From NCBI GenBank assembly GCA_907165135.1, contig OU015568.1, positions 3,906,001 through 3,970,000 of the forward strand: DNA of 64,000 nucleotides. Reading direction: 5' to 3'. Positions 50,253-62,600 of the stretch are shown here, piece by piece. Made by a program: the position numbers and the translations under genes. The DNA comes from Oikopleura dioica (lineage: Eukaryota > Animalia > Chordata). Each line of letters begins with the position of its first letter. The first letter of the stretch is position 1. A model generated the notes under the pieces. That model saw only the letters and a list, made by a program, of their open reading frames with translations, had not been told where the DNA came from and searched no databases.

Positions 50253-51647
50253 ATGTTGAAGAGAGTTTTTTCCGGAAGAAGTCGAAAAAAGTAAGCTTGA
50301 CATCTTCATCCGTGTTTTTTGAAAAATTTCAGGCCAATAGAAGAAAACAGTGGAGCTCTAAATGGAAACACAATAGCGCCAGATGCGATTAATCGTCGAT
50401 CCATATCTCCAAGAATTGCCAGAAACGAATCGATAAGAAGGTAAAAGACAAATTTAGTTGTATACGGATGACTTCAGTTGAATACATGGCTGAGTTTCTG
50501 AGTAAGAGATTCTACTTTTCCCTAACCCAAACCCTAACCCTAACCCTATTATCATTCAAGGAAGACTGCTTCTTATCAATTGTCAGTCACGCATGGTCTA
50601 GGGGTTAGGATTCCGGATTCTCACTCCGGCGGCCCGGGTTCGATTCCCGGTGCGGGAGAACTTTTTGAATTTTCAACCTTTTTTTTAGAGATGTGAAGCC
50701 TGGAATTCTCGTTGCAATTTTCACCAACACCTTTGCCAAGGGACCAAAAGTAAGAAAAACTTGAAAACAACGAAGAATCAAGTCGATTTTAGGGGCGACA
50801 ACTGTCCATAAAAGGCCTCCGCAGGTCGAAAAGCCAGGGACCAGGGATGCGAAAGAAAAGCGATGATGCGAGGATGCTCAAATCAACCAAATCGTTCGAC
50901 AATTTGTCAGCGCTGAGATTAGCCAAGACAGCTAGGTAGACATTGAACATAAATAAATGATTTTACTGTATTAACTGATTTTACTGATTAATGTATTTCA
51001 TGTTGAAGCGCGCTGAAGGATGAAAATACAGATTTGGCATTCGCACAGAAGAAATTAATCAAGGGCGATGATGACTCAGGTTCCGATTCTTCCGCTGACG
51101 GTAAGAAGCTTTCTGTCGTTAATCATTTTAATTTAAAATTTATTATTTATCGCTTGCTTTCTTATTTTTTTAGTCGCTTCCATTAAGAATTTTTTATTTG
51201 AACTTTACTTTTTTTGCTCTAAATATCTGTTGAAAGATGAAAATCGTGATTTGGATATCGAAAAGAAGAGAGTTTTCGATGGTTTCGATTGCGATTCTTC
51301 TGTCGACGGTAGGGAACAATAAATAGCTTCTTATGTAGCAGTAGCTCTTAAAAGTCTCCACCAATCCTAAACGGGACCCTTATTACTACTCTTACCTTAA
51401 CCATTAATATTGGCTTTTGCATTGTTGTCCTTTGGCTTATCTCTGAGAAAAATCTTCAGATAGTCAAGATGACCGCGAAGAAGCAATTCTAGCAGACATC
51501 AACGATGACCTGGGACTAGAAGACATTGAAGCATGCGACAGTCCATCAGAAGAAGACTCCGAAGGACGATCAGAAACTGCGTCCCAGTTTTTCCAGGAAA
51601 TTGAACGCGAAATCGAGGAACAAGAAACCACGGACAATTATTATTAA
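50253..51647 (+). CDS. Acidic low-complexity protein, multi-exon; copy 1 (46317..~46510) retains only the 5' exons
   Basis: GT-AG bounded exons from MLKRVFSGRRSKK to EIEREIEEQETTDNYY. Confidence 0.4.
50520..50548 (+). repeat. Degenerate (CCCTAA)n telomere-type repeat, copy 2
   Basis: ccctaa cccaaa ccctaa ccctaa cccta. Confidence 0.75.
50587..50658 (+). tRNA. tRNA-Glu(CTC), intronic
   Basis: 72 nt cloverleaf; anticodon stem CCGGA/TCCGG with loop TTCTCAC; GGTTCGATTCC B-box; TTTTT terminator at ~50662; one acceptor-stem mismatch (A3:G70). Confidence 0.9.
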
Positions 51648-51799
51648 AGAAAAAATTTCTGAAAATTTCAATAAAAATGCATGATTTTTTTATTGTTTGA
51701 GTAAGCAAGGCGTGCAGAAAGTTAAACAAATAAAAATCTTTTGCAAAGAGATTCAGATTTTTCAAAGAAAAATATTTTTTTGAAAGAAGAAAGAGAAGG

Positions 51800-53613
51800 A
51801 TGTTGAGAAAAATTGGGAGAGATTTGCCGAAGATTCAGCGATTTGCTTCATTCGCGGTTGAAAAGCCTCCGAGAGATGCCTCTCTTGTGACCTCTCCTGA
51901 CCAGCTAAGACCATTCGCGCAACGAATTTGGTCTGATGTCCGTGAATTTATCAACGAGGAATGCATTCCTTTGGAGCAAAAATTTCTAGCACAGGAGTTT
52001 TCCGAAGATCGATGGAAAGTTCTTCCGGAAATGGATGAATTGAAAGCTAAAGCCAAATCTGCAGGGCTCTGGAATCTCTTTGTTCCATACAATATCGATG
52101 AAAACATGGAGTATGGACGGGGACTGACGAATCTTGAGTATGCTTTTATGGCGGAAGAGATGGGAAGATGCTTGTTGGGGTCAGAGCCGTTCAATTGCTC
52201 TCCGCCGGATACTGGGAACATGGAAGTTCTTATCAAGGTCTTCTTCGTCTGTAATTGACTCTAGGCTTTGATAGTTGTTTTAGTATGGAACAGAGGATCA
52301 GAAGAAACAGTGGCTAACTCCTCTTCTTGAAGGAAAAATTCGCTCTTGTTTTGGAATGACCGAAATCGCAGTAGGTAAGAAAAATATGACGTTTTCTCTT
52401 GAAAATTCTCTCCTAGCATCATCAGATGCGACCAACATCGAAAGTTCAATCGTTTCCGACGGCGATGATTACGTCATCAACGGTCGAAAGTGGTGGACGT
52501 CGATGTCCCTTCACCCCAACTGCGAGTTATGCATATTCATGGGCAAGACTGATTTCAACGCTTCACGCCATCTTCAACAGAGCATGATTTTGGTGCCGAT
52601 GAATACGCCTGGAATGAAAATTATTCGACCTTTGACTTGTTACGGGAATTTTGATGCTCCTGGGGGCCACGCCGAGGTTGATTTCAGCGATGTGAGGGTT
52701 CCAAAGGAGAATTTACTGGTTGGAGAAGGGATGGGCTTTGCAATAGCGCAGGTATAAGGATTTAATTGAAAAACCATAAAGTGCGTTTTTCATTGAGAAA
52801 TTTGAATTTTGAATCAAAAACCAAAGTTGACAAAATCAAAAAATTATAATCAGATAGGGTTGGTTCAGTAGTAATATATATCTTAAAGATCTTTTGAATA
52901 CGATTATAAGTAAAAAATATTTCAAGGGCAGACTAGGACCAGGAAGAATCCACCACTGCATGAGACTTATCGGCAACTGCGAAAGATCCATCGAACTAAT
53001 GAAAGAACGATTGCGTAACAGAGTCGCCTTCGGAAAGAAACTCTCCGATCAAGGAGTTTGGAAAGAACGAGTCGGTCTGAGTCGGGTAGAAACGGACCAG
53101 GCCAGATTGATGACACTTCTAGGACCGGTTCTTTTTGTTGAAAAAAGAGTTGGAAAAACAAGAGGAACCTGGGTAAGCTGCGCATAAAATGGATACCGTC
53201 GGCGCAAAAGTAGCAGCAAAGGAGATTGCTATGATCAAAATTATTGCTCCGAACGTCGCGCAAAAAGTTGTGGATAGAGCTATTCAAGGAAAGGGGAAAA
53301 CCAGAATAGTGTTTTATGAATTATTTTTTTATAGATTACTATTTCTAACCATTGCTGAAAAATTTCTTACAGCTATTGCTGCAATTAACGAAAACTTGGT
53401 AAGTAAATGTAATTTAAGAAAAATTCTTAATTCCAATAATTTTAATTTAAAAGTTAAACTCTTATAATCCCCAAGAAAAGCTCATGGCGCTGGAGGTATG
53501 AGCTCAGATTTCCTCTCGCCACATTCATGACTTGGGCCCGATCTCTTCGCCTGGCCGATGGACCAGACGAAGTACACGTCAATGCTCTTGCAAAACTTGA
53601 AATGAAGAAATAA
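51800..53613 (+). CDS. Acyl-CoA dehydrogenase, ACAD10/ACAD11-type ACAD domain alone, likely mitochondrial
   Basis: [64 protein letters not shown]; last exon carries a 1 nt frameshift near 53510. Confidence 0.88.
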
Positions 53614-53839
53614 ATCTTTCATAAAGTTCTTTATTCATGCAAAATATTTTCGTATAAAAACATGCAAAGCTAGAAAATGACAAACTAGATATTGATTTTA
53701 TTAAGGACGTTGGTTTCTTTTGTCTCTGTTTTGTTGTTTGCAAGAACCCTAAAAGAATGGTTAATTCTGTATTAAAAACAAAAAGAGCTACAAGCTACAC
53801 TGTAGAATTCTACATGTAGATATCTACGGGAATAAATGC

Positions 53840-55101
53840 GCCTAATTCTCACCGGTTATTTTTCAAGAGTCCTTTTTTGAATAAATGAGTCGTTAATTAT
53901 TTTTTATAAAAACATACTTTTCCATCTTTTCGATAGCTTTTTCGAGATTGGCGATTTCGTTTGAAGCCGTATTTTTCTAAAATTGATGTAAAATCTTTCA
54001 TTGAAATCTGGATAACCTTTGTCGAATTGCGATTTTTAGCATCAGCAATTTGCTTGTTGAGCTCTTGAATTCGTTTTTTGAGGCTTGCAGTTTCGTCCAG
54101 TTCATTTTGATAGAGCGTTCGTGCATTGTCAACGGTTTGTTTTATGAGTTTCTATGATTGTTTCAATTTATGAGTGGATTTATGGAAAGGTTGTTTTACC
54201 GCGTCGTTGATTTGCTTTCGGATGAGAGTTAGGTTTTTGTTGATCTCCATCAATTCCCTAAAAATGAGTTCTCAAGGGGGCAGTCGTACTCTCTCATTTC
54301 TTACACTGTATAAGTCTCGCTGATATTAATATTGATATCCATTCCAGACATGATGATTGTATTCAATTCAGTCGTCAAATCTTCAATGCTAGAATCGGTA
54401 AAGAAACACACCTCGACTTTCGTCCTTACTATTGCCGGAGGGTCGAGTAGACAACTTCATTGTAGCTCAACTGAAGCATCATTTCGTTACTGTCCTTTGA
54501 GTATTTGTGAACATGTGTCCAGCAGATGTCGTATCGCTCTCGCTCAGTTTTTTCGACGGAGATGATTTCTTTCTCAATCTCGATCGTTTCAGTTTCGCGA
54601 GATCTGATGGAAGCTAAAAATGACTAAAGAAAAAATTCCCTTTTTAAATCTCACATTGAACATGAGTCAACTGATCGCAAATTTGCCTGAGTTCTCTGTT
54701 GAGTTTCTCGATCGATTCATTAGCATCATTTTGCTCGCTAATAATGTTCATCAGACCTCGATCATCAATGTTGCTTTCTTCGATCAAAGATATTTCTCTC
54801 AAAATCTCAGCCAGTTCCCGTCTTTGTCCATGAATGTCCGTCCCATATTCTTCGTTGAAAGTAAAGCTCAAATTTCTGTCCTCAATCGTCTCCTCTTGAT
54901 TTTCTCGACCGATGTACTTTTTCCCGCCTCCGGGGCCGCAAAGTGCCCCAGGCGCGCAGCACCCAAAATTTTTCTTTTCTTTTGCTTCTTTTGACTTCAA
55001 ACTCTGTTTTGAGGTCTCTGATGATTTCGAGGATTTCTAAAAAAGACCTTGAAATTGGTCAATTTTGGAGAGATTTGTACCTTTGAAAATTTAATCGCCA
55101 T
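53840..55101 (-). CDS. Coiled-coil protein, unknown
   Basis: Heptad-rich exons (ANESIEKLNRELRQICDQL; LKKRIQELNKQIADAK); ends approximate. Confidence 0.35.
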
Positions 55102-55394
55102 TTTCAAATCTCTCTTTTCAGAACTTTTGATTAACTCGGTATTCAAAGAAATCTAGTCAGGTTTTTGAAAGAGGCCGCGGAAAGAAAAGACGCATCGTAA
55201 AACTTGGGATGCGCATCATAATGATTTTTTATTTATCATTCGTAGTAGTTCTGCTTTAATGAACCCCTGGATAACCGACCAACTGAAATCAAGGAAGAGA
55301 ATGATTGACTGAGTCTTTGTGTAATTCTTTATTTTTATTCAAGCTGTTAGGAATTGGATGTGATGCTGTCTCTCATATGAATTTGAGTGGATTT

Positions 55395-57123
55395 TTAAAC
55401 GTCACAGCTGCAAGAATTGTAGGGCTCGGCGGCTGAAAAAGGAGTTTTAGAAGCTTTTTTGAAGTGTGGGAACAGGCTTACGTCTAACATGTTGGTGAAC
55501 CAAATTCCAAACAGTTGTGTCTTGAAGTACTTCAAATAGAGCCCGGTCAAACAGATCCTGTTGGGCGTTGGCAAAGTCGATGTTCCGAGTTAGCATACCG
55601 ATTCCATTGGCGCCCTAGATTAACAGTGAGTACAACACGATCACCAAGCCAAAGGAACTTACGATGTTACCAGGAAGACCCCTTGAACCTTTTGGTCCCC
55701 GTTCACCTTGAGCACCAGGAGATCCACATGGGCCTTGAGCACCAGGAGCACCTCGCTCACCAGCTTTTCCGGGAAGGCCAGGGCTGCCCGGAAGACCTCG
55801 CTTGCCGTTAGCTCCGCATTCTCCGGGCTCGCCATCAGCTCCTCTGTTTCCTTAATTTCTTTTATTGATTTGAAATATTAAAACGTCTCTTACCTTGAGC
55901 TCCTGGGGCACCGGGAAGACCTTGTCGACCGGGTCCACCTGGGGCACCACAGTCTCCTTGAGGTCCAGCTGGGCCAGGTTCTCCATCAGGTCCATTTCTT
56001 CCTGTTGGTCCCTCGCATCCGGCCGGTCCGGGATTTCCTTGAGGTCCCATGGGGCCATCAGGACCGACTGGCCCGCAGCATCCAGCCTTAGCATTTCGTG
56101 GCTCTGGGAAAGAAACTCTTTGTTCTTGGAAGTTGGTTTCACAGTAAGAGATGCAAGATCCAGGGCACTAGAATGATAGGATGAATACGTTATTGCGATC
56201 AAGGAAGAGTACCTGAGCAAAGAGCGCTGAGAACATGACAATAGCTTCTCGTCGTCGTGATCCAGTTCCCATGCCAGTATCAACAGCTGGAAGAATGAGT
56301 CCACCAGTGTTGGCATCGAGGAATCGCTGAGCAGCTCGGGTCTGTCGGAGAGCATCCTGGATAGCGCCTATGGAAGAAAAATTGAAAATAAGGATGAGAA
56401 AGAGTAATTTTTACCGGTCTTCTGAGTCTCAGCAAGAAGCGCAAGTTGGCCGATATCTCCATCAGATCCGACGAAAACTGGAAGGATGACGACTCCTCGG
56501 TTAATCAGTTGTTTGCAGAAATTGACGGTTGCACTGTTATCTTGGTACTCGTTGGCGACATAGATGAGGACATCTCCAGCTTCGAGTCCAGTTCTAAGTC
56601 GATCAAAGCTTCTGCTGTGGAGGTCGCCAAGATCAATGACTTCTCGGTTGTACTCGGCAAAAGTCTGGACAATTGGCTGGTAGACGGTTCGCAAGAAGTC
56701 TCTTCGAGCAATGGGAGGGTGAGCTTGGGTAAATTTGAAATCACCAAGTCTGTCGTTTGCCATATCTCCGTGGTAGGCGATTCCGACTCTGTTGCAAGAA
56801 CCTAGAGAGAAAATAAGGCATTGTTTTTAAGCGGATTCTTACGTCTGTCGGTGAAAAGAGGAGGACATTCGGTAAACTGGCAATGGAGCTGTGGAGGATG
56901 GAGAAGTCGAGAAGCGGTTCCGGCTTCGTACTTTGGCCAGAAGATTTCGTGTTTTGGTGCCACGCAAGTCTAAAGAAAGGGATGATGAATGAGCTACAGA
57001 TGTATTTGCTCGATATTTCTCTTGAAATCTTTTTTATTAATAATTCATAAAATTAAGACTCTTCGCTAATGGTACCTGTGAAGCGGCAAGCCCAAAGGCC
57101 GCCAAATAGAAAAGCTTTGCCAT
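55395..57123 (-). CDS. Secreted short-chain collagen with N-terminal vWA-like domain
   Basis: Signal [15 protein letters not shown]; alpha/beta segment ([17 protein letters not shown]); two Gly-X-Y exons; C-terminal CSC. Confidence 0.7.
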
Positions 57124-57737
57124 TCCGATCTCTAGACGCCCAGCGAATGGAATGAGCTCAAAAACGATGAGGGAAGTTGTTTACTGCCGGCCAAAGTAGA
57201 GCTTTCGCAAATAAGCAAGTCAAAAATAAGCAAAAAATGTATTTGCTTTAGTATTTTGTCCAGCGCCGCGCCGTCCAAATAAAAATAGACAGGAGAGTTT
57301 CGCGCATGAGTCGACCAAGTTGAAGTGGACATTGGGTAGCTGACCTTGAGATTTGATCCACCCATAAGATTCAAACAGAGTATCGGGCTCTTAGTAATAA
57401 TAAATTAAACTTTGTTCTCAAGTCATTTTTGAACGAAATAAACATTTTGATATGATCTGCCCGAAAAAATATTTCCAAGGATGAATAAAATTTCCTTGAA
57501 TACGTATACTTTGGACTTTGGCCTAAAGACTCTTGGACTTGATTTCAAAATTTTGAGATTCGAGATTCTTGATGATAGAAATGAGATTTCAGACAAAAAT
57601 TTGAGATCCTTGTTGATTTCAAATTATCTAGCCCTGGCGACGTGTCAATATGAACTTATGTACAATGGCCTTGAAACTGGAACTTTCAAGTTGGCATCTC
57701 AAACAAAAGTTGGCCTTCCCAAATAGACGACGCCGGT

Positions 57738-58269
57738 CAGTGTTTGAAAAAATGGTGAGCGCGAGCCACGAGCGAGCGGGAGCGAGTGAGCGAGCGCTCA
57801 TGCTCACTCGTTCACCATAATTTCGAGAACCTCTGCTCGCGCTCGCTCACTCACCAGAAAATTCCAAGGTCCCTGCTTGCGCTCACTTGCGCTCGCTCAC
57901 TGTTATTTTTAGCGAATTCAATATAAAGACAAAGTCATATAATATTAATGAAATCCATCTTGCTATTATGTTTTTATTTCGTTAGAATACTCATTATCAA
58001 CTTATGATAAGCTTAAGTCCTTTAAACTTTAAAGCATTAAAATTTTTTAGGAAAAACCGTTTCTAAAAAGCTGCGAGTGAGCGCGAGCGAGCGAGCGAGC
58101 GCTCATGCTCGCTCACTCATAGAAAATCACGGTATCTGCGCTCGCGCTCGCTCGCTCACGAAAAAAATCATAAGGATCCGCTCGCGCTTGCTCACTCATG
58201 TTAAAATTCTGGGGGCCTCTGCTCGCGCTCACTCGCTCACGAGAGTTTTGACCATTATTTCAAACACTG
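57738..58269. mobile_element. hAT-type MITE, 532 bp
   Basis: TIR CAGTGTTTGAAA(A/T)AATGGT (19 bp, 1 mismatch); 8 bp duplication ACGCCGGT (57730-57737, 58270-58277); GAGC/GCTC subterminal arrays. Confidence 0.93.
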
Positions 58270-58554
58270 ACGCCGGTCATCAGCAGCCAACAGGCTTATT
58301 AAGAAGAAATTCCAAGTAAAAGGGTTTTCTATAGAATGAAGCATTTAATTTAAATTTCTAATTAAAAAAAAAGTCATCGGGACATATATATTATAGTTGC
58401 AATGATATGAGATGTTAATTGACTCTGATGATTTGTCAATCTTTCACCAAGATAAATGTCCATCATCATCATTTATTCATGCGATAAAAAGCAAGTGCCT
58501 TGTCTTCAAAATAAAAAGTCAGTCAAGTAAAAAAGGCACCATCGAAGAAAAAAA

Positions 58555-59345
58555 ATGAGAATTGTTCTTTTTATTCATGCTTTTTCCCTAGCATTCTCTT
58601 CCAGATGGAATTTGTTAGATGCTGACGACCGATTTAGTAATTTTCTGAAGTCAAAACTCGGAAGAAAGAGAGTGAAATCGATGAAAAATCACGCTCGGAT
58701 TTATCGAAACTTGCATTTACGGGAGGCAAGTAATTTTGATTATGATGGGAGCAGATTTTTATCGTGTTCGTTAAAATCAACATCAAGTTCAACCTCTACT
58801 TCTGATGTTTTCAATAATTTAATTTTTAGGCACTTCGTCGAAAAGCTCAGAATCTTCAAAACAAGCACCCTGTTCTTCTCAAAGAGTCAATTTGATGGAA
58901 ATTACAAAAGAATAAAAAATACCTGATAGGAAATTTCTTCGTGTTTTTCGCAAAATGCAGATTTCGGCAAGTGATGAACATGTGAAGTGTGGGAATAACT
59001 GCGGCAGTGAAAAGAAAAAAAGGGTTCACGTTTGACCGCGTGAATGATAATTGAGGTGGGGAAGATAATCCAAGATTTTGGCCGTTTTTTCAAATTTAAG
59101 TTGACGGTCAAAATGACAACGTCATGCACAAAGGTTGCAGCAAGATCGGCGATAAAATACGATTGAAAATATTGGTACACTTTAAAATGATGACAGTTTT
59201 CATTGACATGTTCAACAATTCAAATCAATATCACAGAAAAATATTCAAGATAAAAGTCTTTTTTCAAATTGACATTATGTCATCTCCTCTTTATATTTTG
59301 AGAGAGGAAAATGGAACCTCCAAAATCATACCCAAAAGACTTTAG
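58555..59345 (+). CDS. Possible secreted protein, multi-exon, unknown
   Basis: Signal-like MRIVLFIHAFSLAFS; remaining structure unclear. Confidence 0.25.
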
Positions 59346-59672
59346 CGGTCACTTTTATCTCGGTCATCGTCAATCGCTGGGAATTTTTTTCTGGCTAACA
59401 GACTGTAAGCGACTGTCGCTCTGTTACTGTCCACCGCAAGGTAAAATAAAGAAAGACTACGATTGATGATATTGTCTTTCTATTCAATAAATATCATAAT
59501 AATAAATATGAAATAAAAATACATTAATAGAACTGTAACTAATAATGAGCAAGCTTTATGGGACCAACATCGCCCTTGGCAAATCATGAGTCAGAAATCA
59601 AAAAAGTCAACTTCAAACTTTGAAATTCTTCGATAAATAAAGTCAACAGTAACATTCGAGAGAAATTCAAAA

Positions 59673-62600
59673 ATGTCAGCTTACCCCGTTGTTTTTCTAA
59701 CTGGAGCGTCTGGGTTCGTCGGCCGAGCGGTTTTAGGACTCAGGAGTTGGAAATTGAACTGACTAATTATTTTTCTATTGATGATTTAGAGATATCGCTT
59801 GGTGGATAATTCTATCAAGTGCTAGAATTTCCAGACGACTTTGAATTTCAAGTTGAAAACTTGAAGTCAATAAATTTCAAGAAACGTTGCAGAGTAAACG
59901 TTTTTCTGCTCAGGGCTACAAACAACCACGCCTGTTAGGATAAACTATCGGCGGTAATTTTCCGTGTTAAGATAATTATCAAATGCGTAAATAAGCATTT
60001 ACAGTTCACACTCGTTCTTGTCATAAAAAAATTTTTTAAGTCGAAAATGTTTTTGGCAAAATTTTTGTTGAAAAAGAAGAAATTTGATCTTTTTAACTCC
60101 CAAAAAGACGAATTGTCTAAGAGACATACCATCCCGATTCCAGTCTTTAATAGCACCCCGACCGGTTCAGATCGCCAAGTAAAGCTGGATTTGTGCGATT
60201 TCGAAGCGCTGAGAAGAGAAATTGATCGATCCGGGGCGGATGTTTTGTCAATGGGTTAAATTATGAAATAATCGGTGTTTGTAAAAGCTACTTGAAGCAT
60301 GATTATGCGCATTTATGATTTCAAAAATACTCAAAAGTCCAAAATGATGATTTTAGAAAGTTTTTTCTTCAAGTAAAAACTTCATCATTCCTTGTTTTTT
60401 CACAATAATTAACCCATTTTTATATTCACTGCGCCGCAAAATGCAATGTTGCAAATGTGTCTGGAGAAAAAGACAAAGGATAAGTATGAAAGCCCGTTTT
60501 TTAATTTAAAAATATTCGCGAAATCTGAAAATTGCTTAAAATTGCTATTTTGAAAGCCTGATCTTTGTCATTCTTTCAACAGCAAGACTGCTAAACGTCG
60601 AATGCTCAGAAGAACTGGCGAAAATCTGCAAAGAAAAAAACATTCACCTCGTGTTTATTTCGACAAACTACGTATTCGACGGAAAAGAGCCGCCTTACGC
60701 CCCTGACAAGAGTTTTTCGCTAATAATTTTAATTCTAAGCCAATAAGACTAAGTCCTTGAGCGCTTGAGAACACGTATTCAATGTTCGTTATTCAGGTTC
60801 AACTGAGAATTTCTCGATTAAAATCGGAGGCAAATTTTTATCAAAATCTCAAGGTATTAATTTCATGTCCTTATTTATATTGATTTTTCATTTTAGTGGA
60901 AATATATATACTGAGACGCTTTTTTTTTCAACGATTTCCGCATTCTAGGACCCAGAACACCATACAGATTTGGAATCAGTGAAGAAAATCTAGAAACTTG
61001 ACCTTTTAGATTTTCAAAAAACACTTCCGGTTGCGATTCTAGAGCCGGAAGTAGGTAAAATTTGAGAACATTTCAAGTCATTTGGAAAAATAATTCAACC
61101 GAACCGCGGTCTAACCAACCGGTAAAAAATGAAGAAAATTTCATGAATTTGTGCCATTTTTCATAATTTTATCGGTAAGTTTGACCGATAGAGACTGTTT
61201 CTTCGAATGAATTGATTATAAGAAACTTAGAATTTTATGGGCTTCAATTTGATAGGTCACACTTTACCCTAACTGCTAAATTTCGGCAAAGAATCGTAAC
61301 CGGAGTGTTTTTGAAAATCTAAAAGAAGGATTTTCTTCGCTGATTCCAAATATGACAAATCCAGTTGAAATGATTATGGCGCCCGTGAAAAAGAAAAAGA
61401 CGCAAAAACAAATCCAGTGGAAAAAGCTGAAAACAAGATTCTCAACATTTTACCCTCCGCTACCATCCTGCGCATTTCACTACAGTATGGAGATCATACT
61501 GGACTTTCGAATGTTGTAAGCCCACCTTTCGATCAATGCAATAAATTGTCTTTGAAGAAGAATACAATAAGTCTGGTTTTACTAAGCTTAATTGACCAAA
61601 TGTTTACTGTTTATTTTGAAATACATTTTCTAGGACGGTCTCATAAAGCATTTATTGCCTTGAAGTGAAGGTGGGCTTAGAACAACTCAATTTTGCCATC
61701 GTCGAAATCGGTCCTGGACGCAATCACGTGCCAAACGCCGGTTGCACTTGACAATGTTCAAATACGAAGTCCAACATGTGTCAGGCCTCGGTTGAAAATG
61801 GACAGCTAGGTCTTTGATTCTTACCAAATTTTTTTCACAAAAAATCGAGCTTTCTTTTTTTCAACCAAAAAAAGAAACACTGCCAAAGAAAAGTTTCGGG
61901 AAAATTTATGTAAAATTTTGGATTTCAAGAAACATAACTCAGTTGGGGGAAAATTACGATCTACTAGTTGAAATTTGCGAGTAATGAAATTTGCTTTGAC
62001 AGTTTTTTGAAACTTCTATGAAGTGATATGCGATTTGGCTCTTACACGCTCGGGCGGCGTATTCAATTATACCGATGGAGAGGTGATGACGCGATTCCAT
62101 TTCGCTCTCAAGGCGGCCAGGGCGGTGGGGATGAGCTCAAAGCACATCAGGTACTCAGGATCAATGCTTATGTATATTATGTCACTATATGCTATTATGT
62201 CACTTGTTCAAGAACGTACGCCACTCTTACTGTGTTCTTTGACAGAAAAGTCGACAAAGGAAAAACATGATTTGGCGGAAAAAATTGAAGTTTTTGGCAA
62301 AAAGTCAAAAAATTAGCGAAAATATCGATATTTTTTCTGTAATTTCGACATTTTTTTCAATAATTTACTGAATTTGTAGCGCAAAAACAGAACCATCAGC
62401 TGTTCCGAGGCCTCACGACTGTAGCATGCTTTCAGGAAAGGGAAGCTACTGTATCAAAATGATAAATGATGATGATTTATTCTTGTGTCCTTTTTGGCTT
62501 CCTGGAAAAAGACAAACTGACGGGGTACATCAACTTGCCGAAAGTGGACTTCTCGTTACAAATTAAACAATGCTGGGGCGATCGGGTGAAATCCACCGAG

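Larger units (their letters stand above)
46722..50558. repeat. Tandem segmental duplication, copy 2 (carries a MITE)
   Basis: Colinear with copy 1 apart from insertion 47127..47814. Confidence 0.9.

Noticed and set aside
61023-61052. ACTTCCGG...CCGGAAGT inverted repeat in an intron
   Set aside because: Only 8 bp arms, no termini or duplication; cannot define an element
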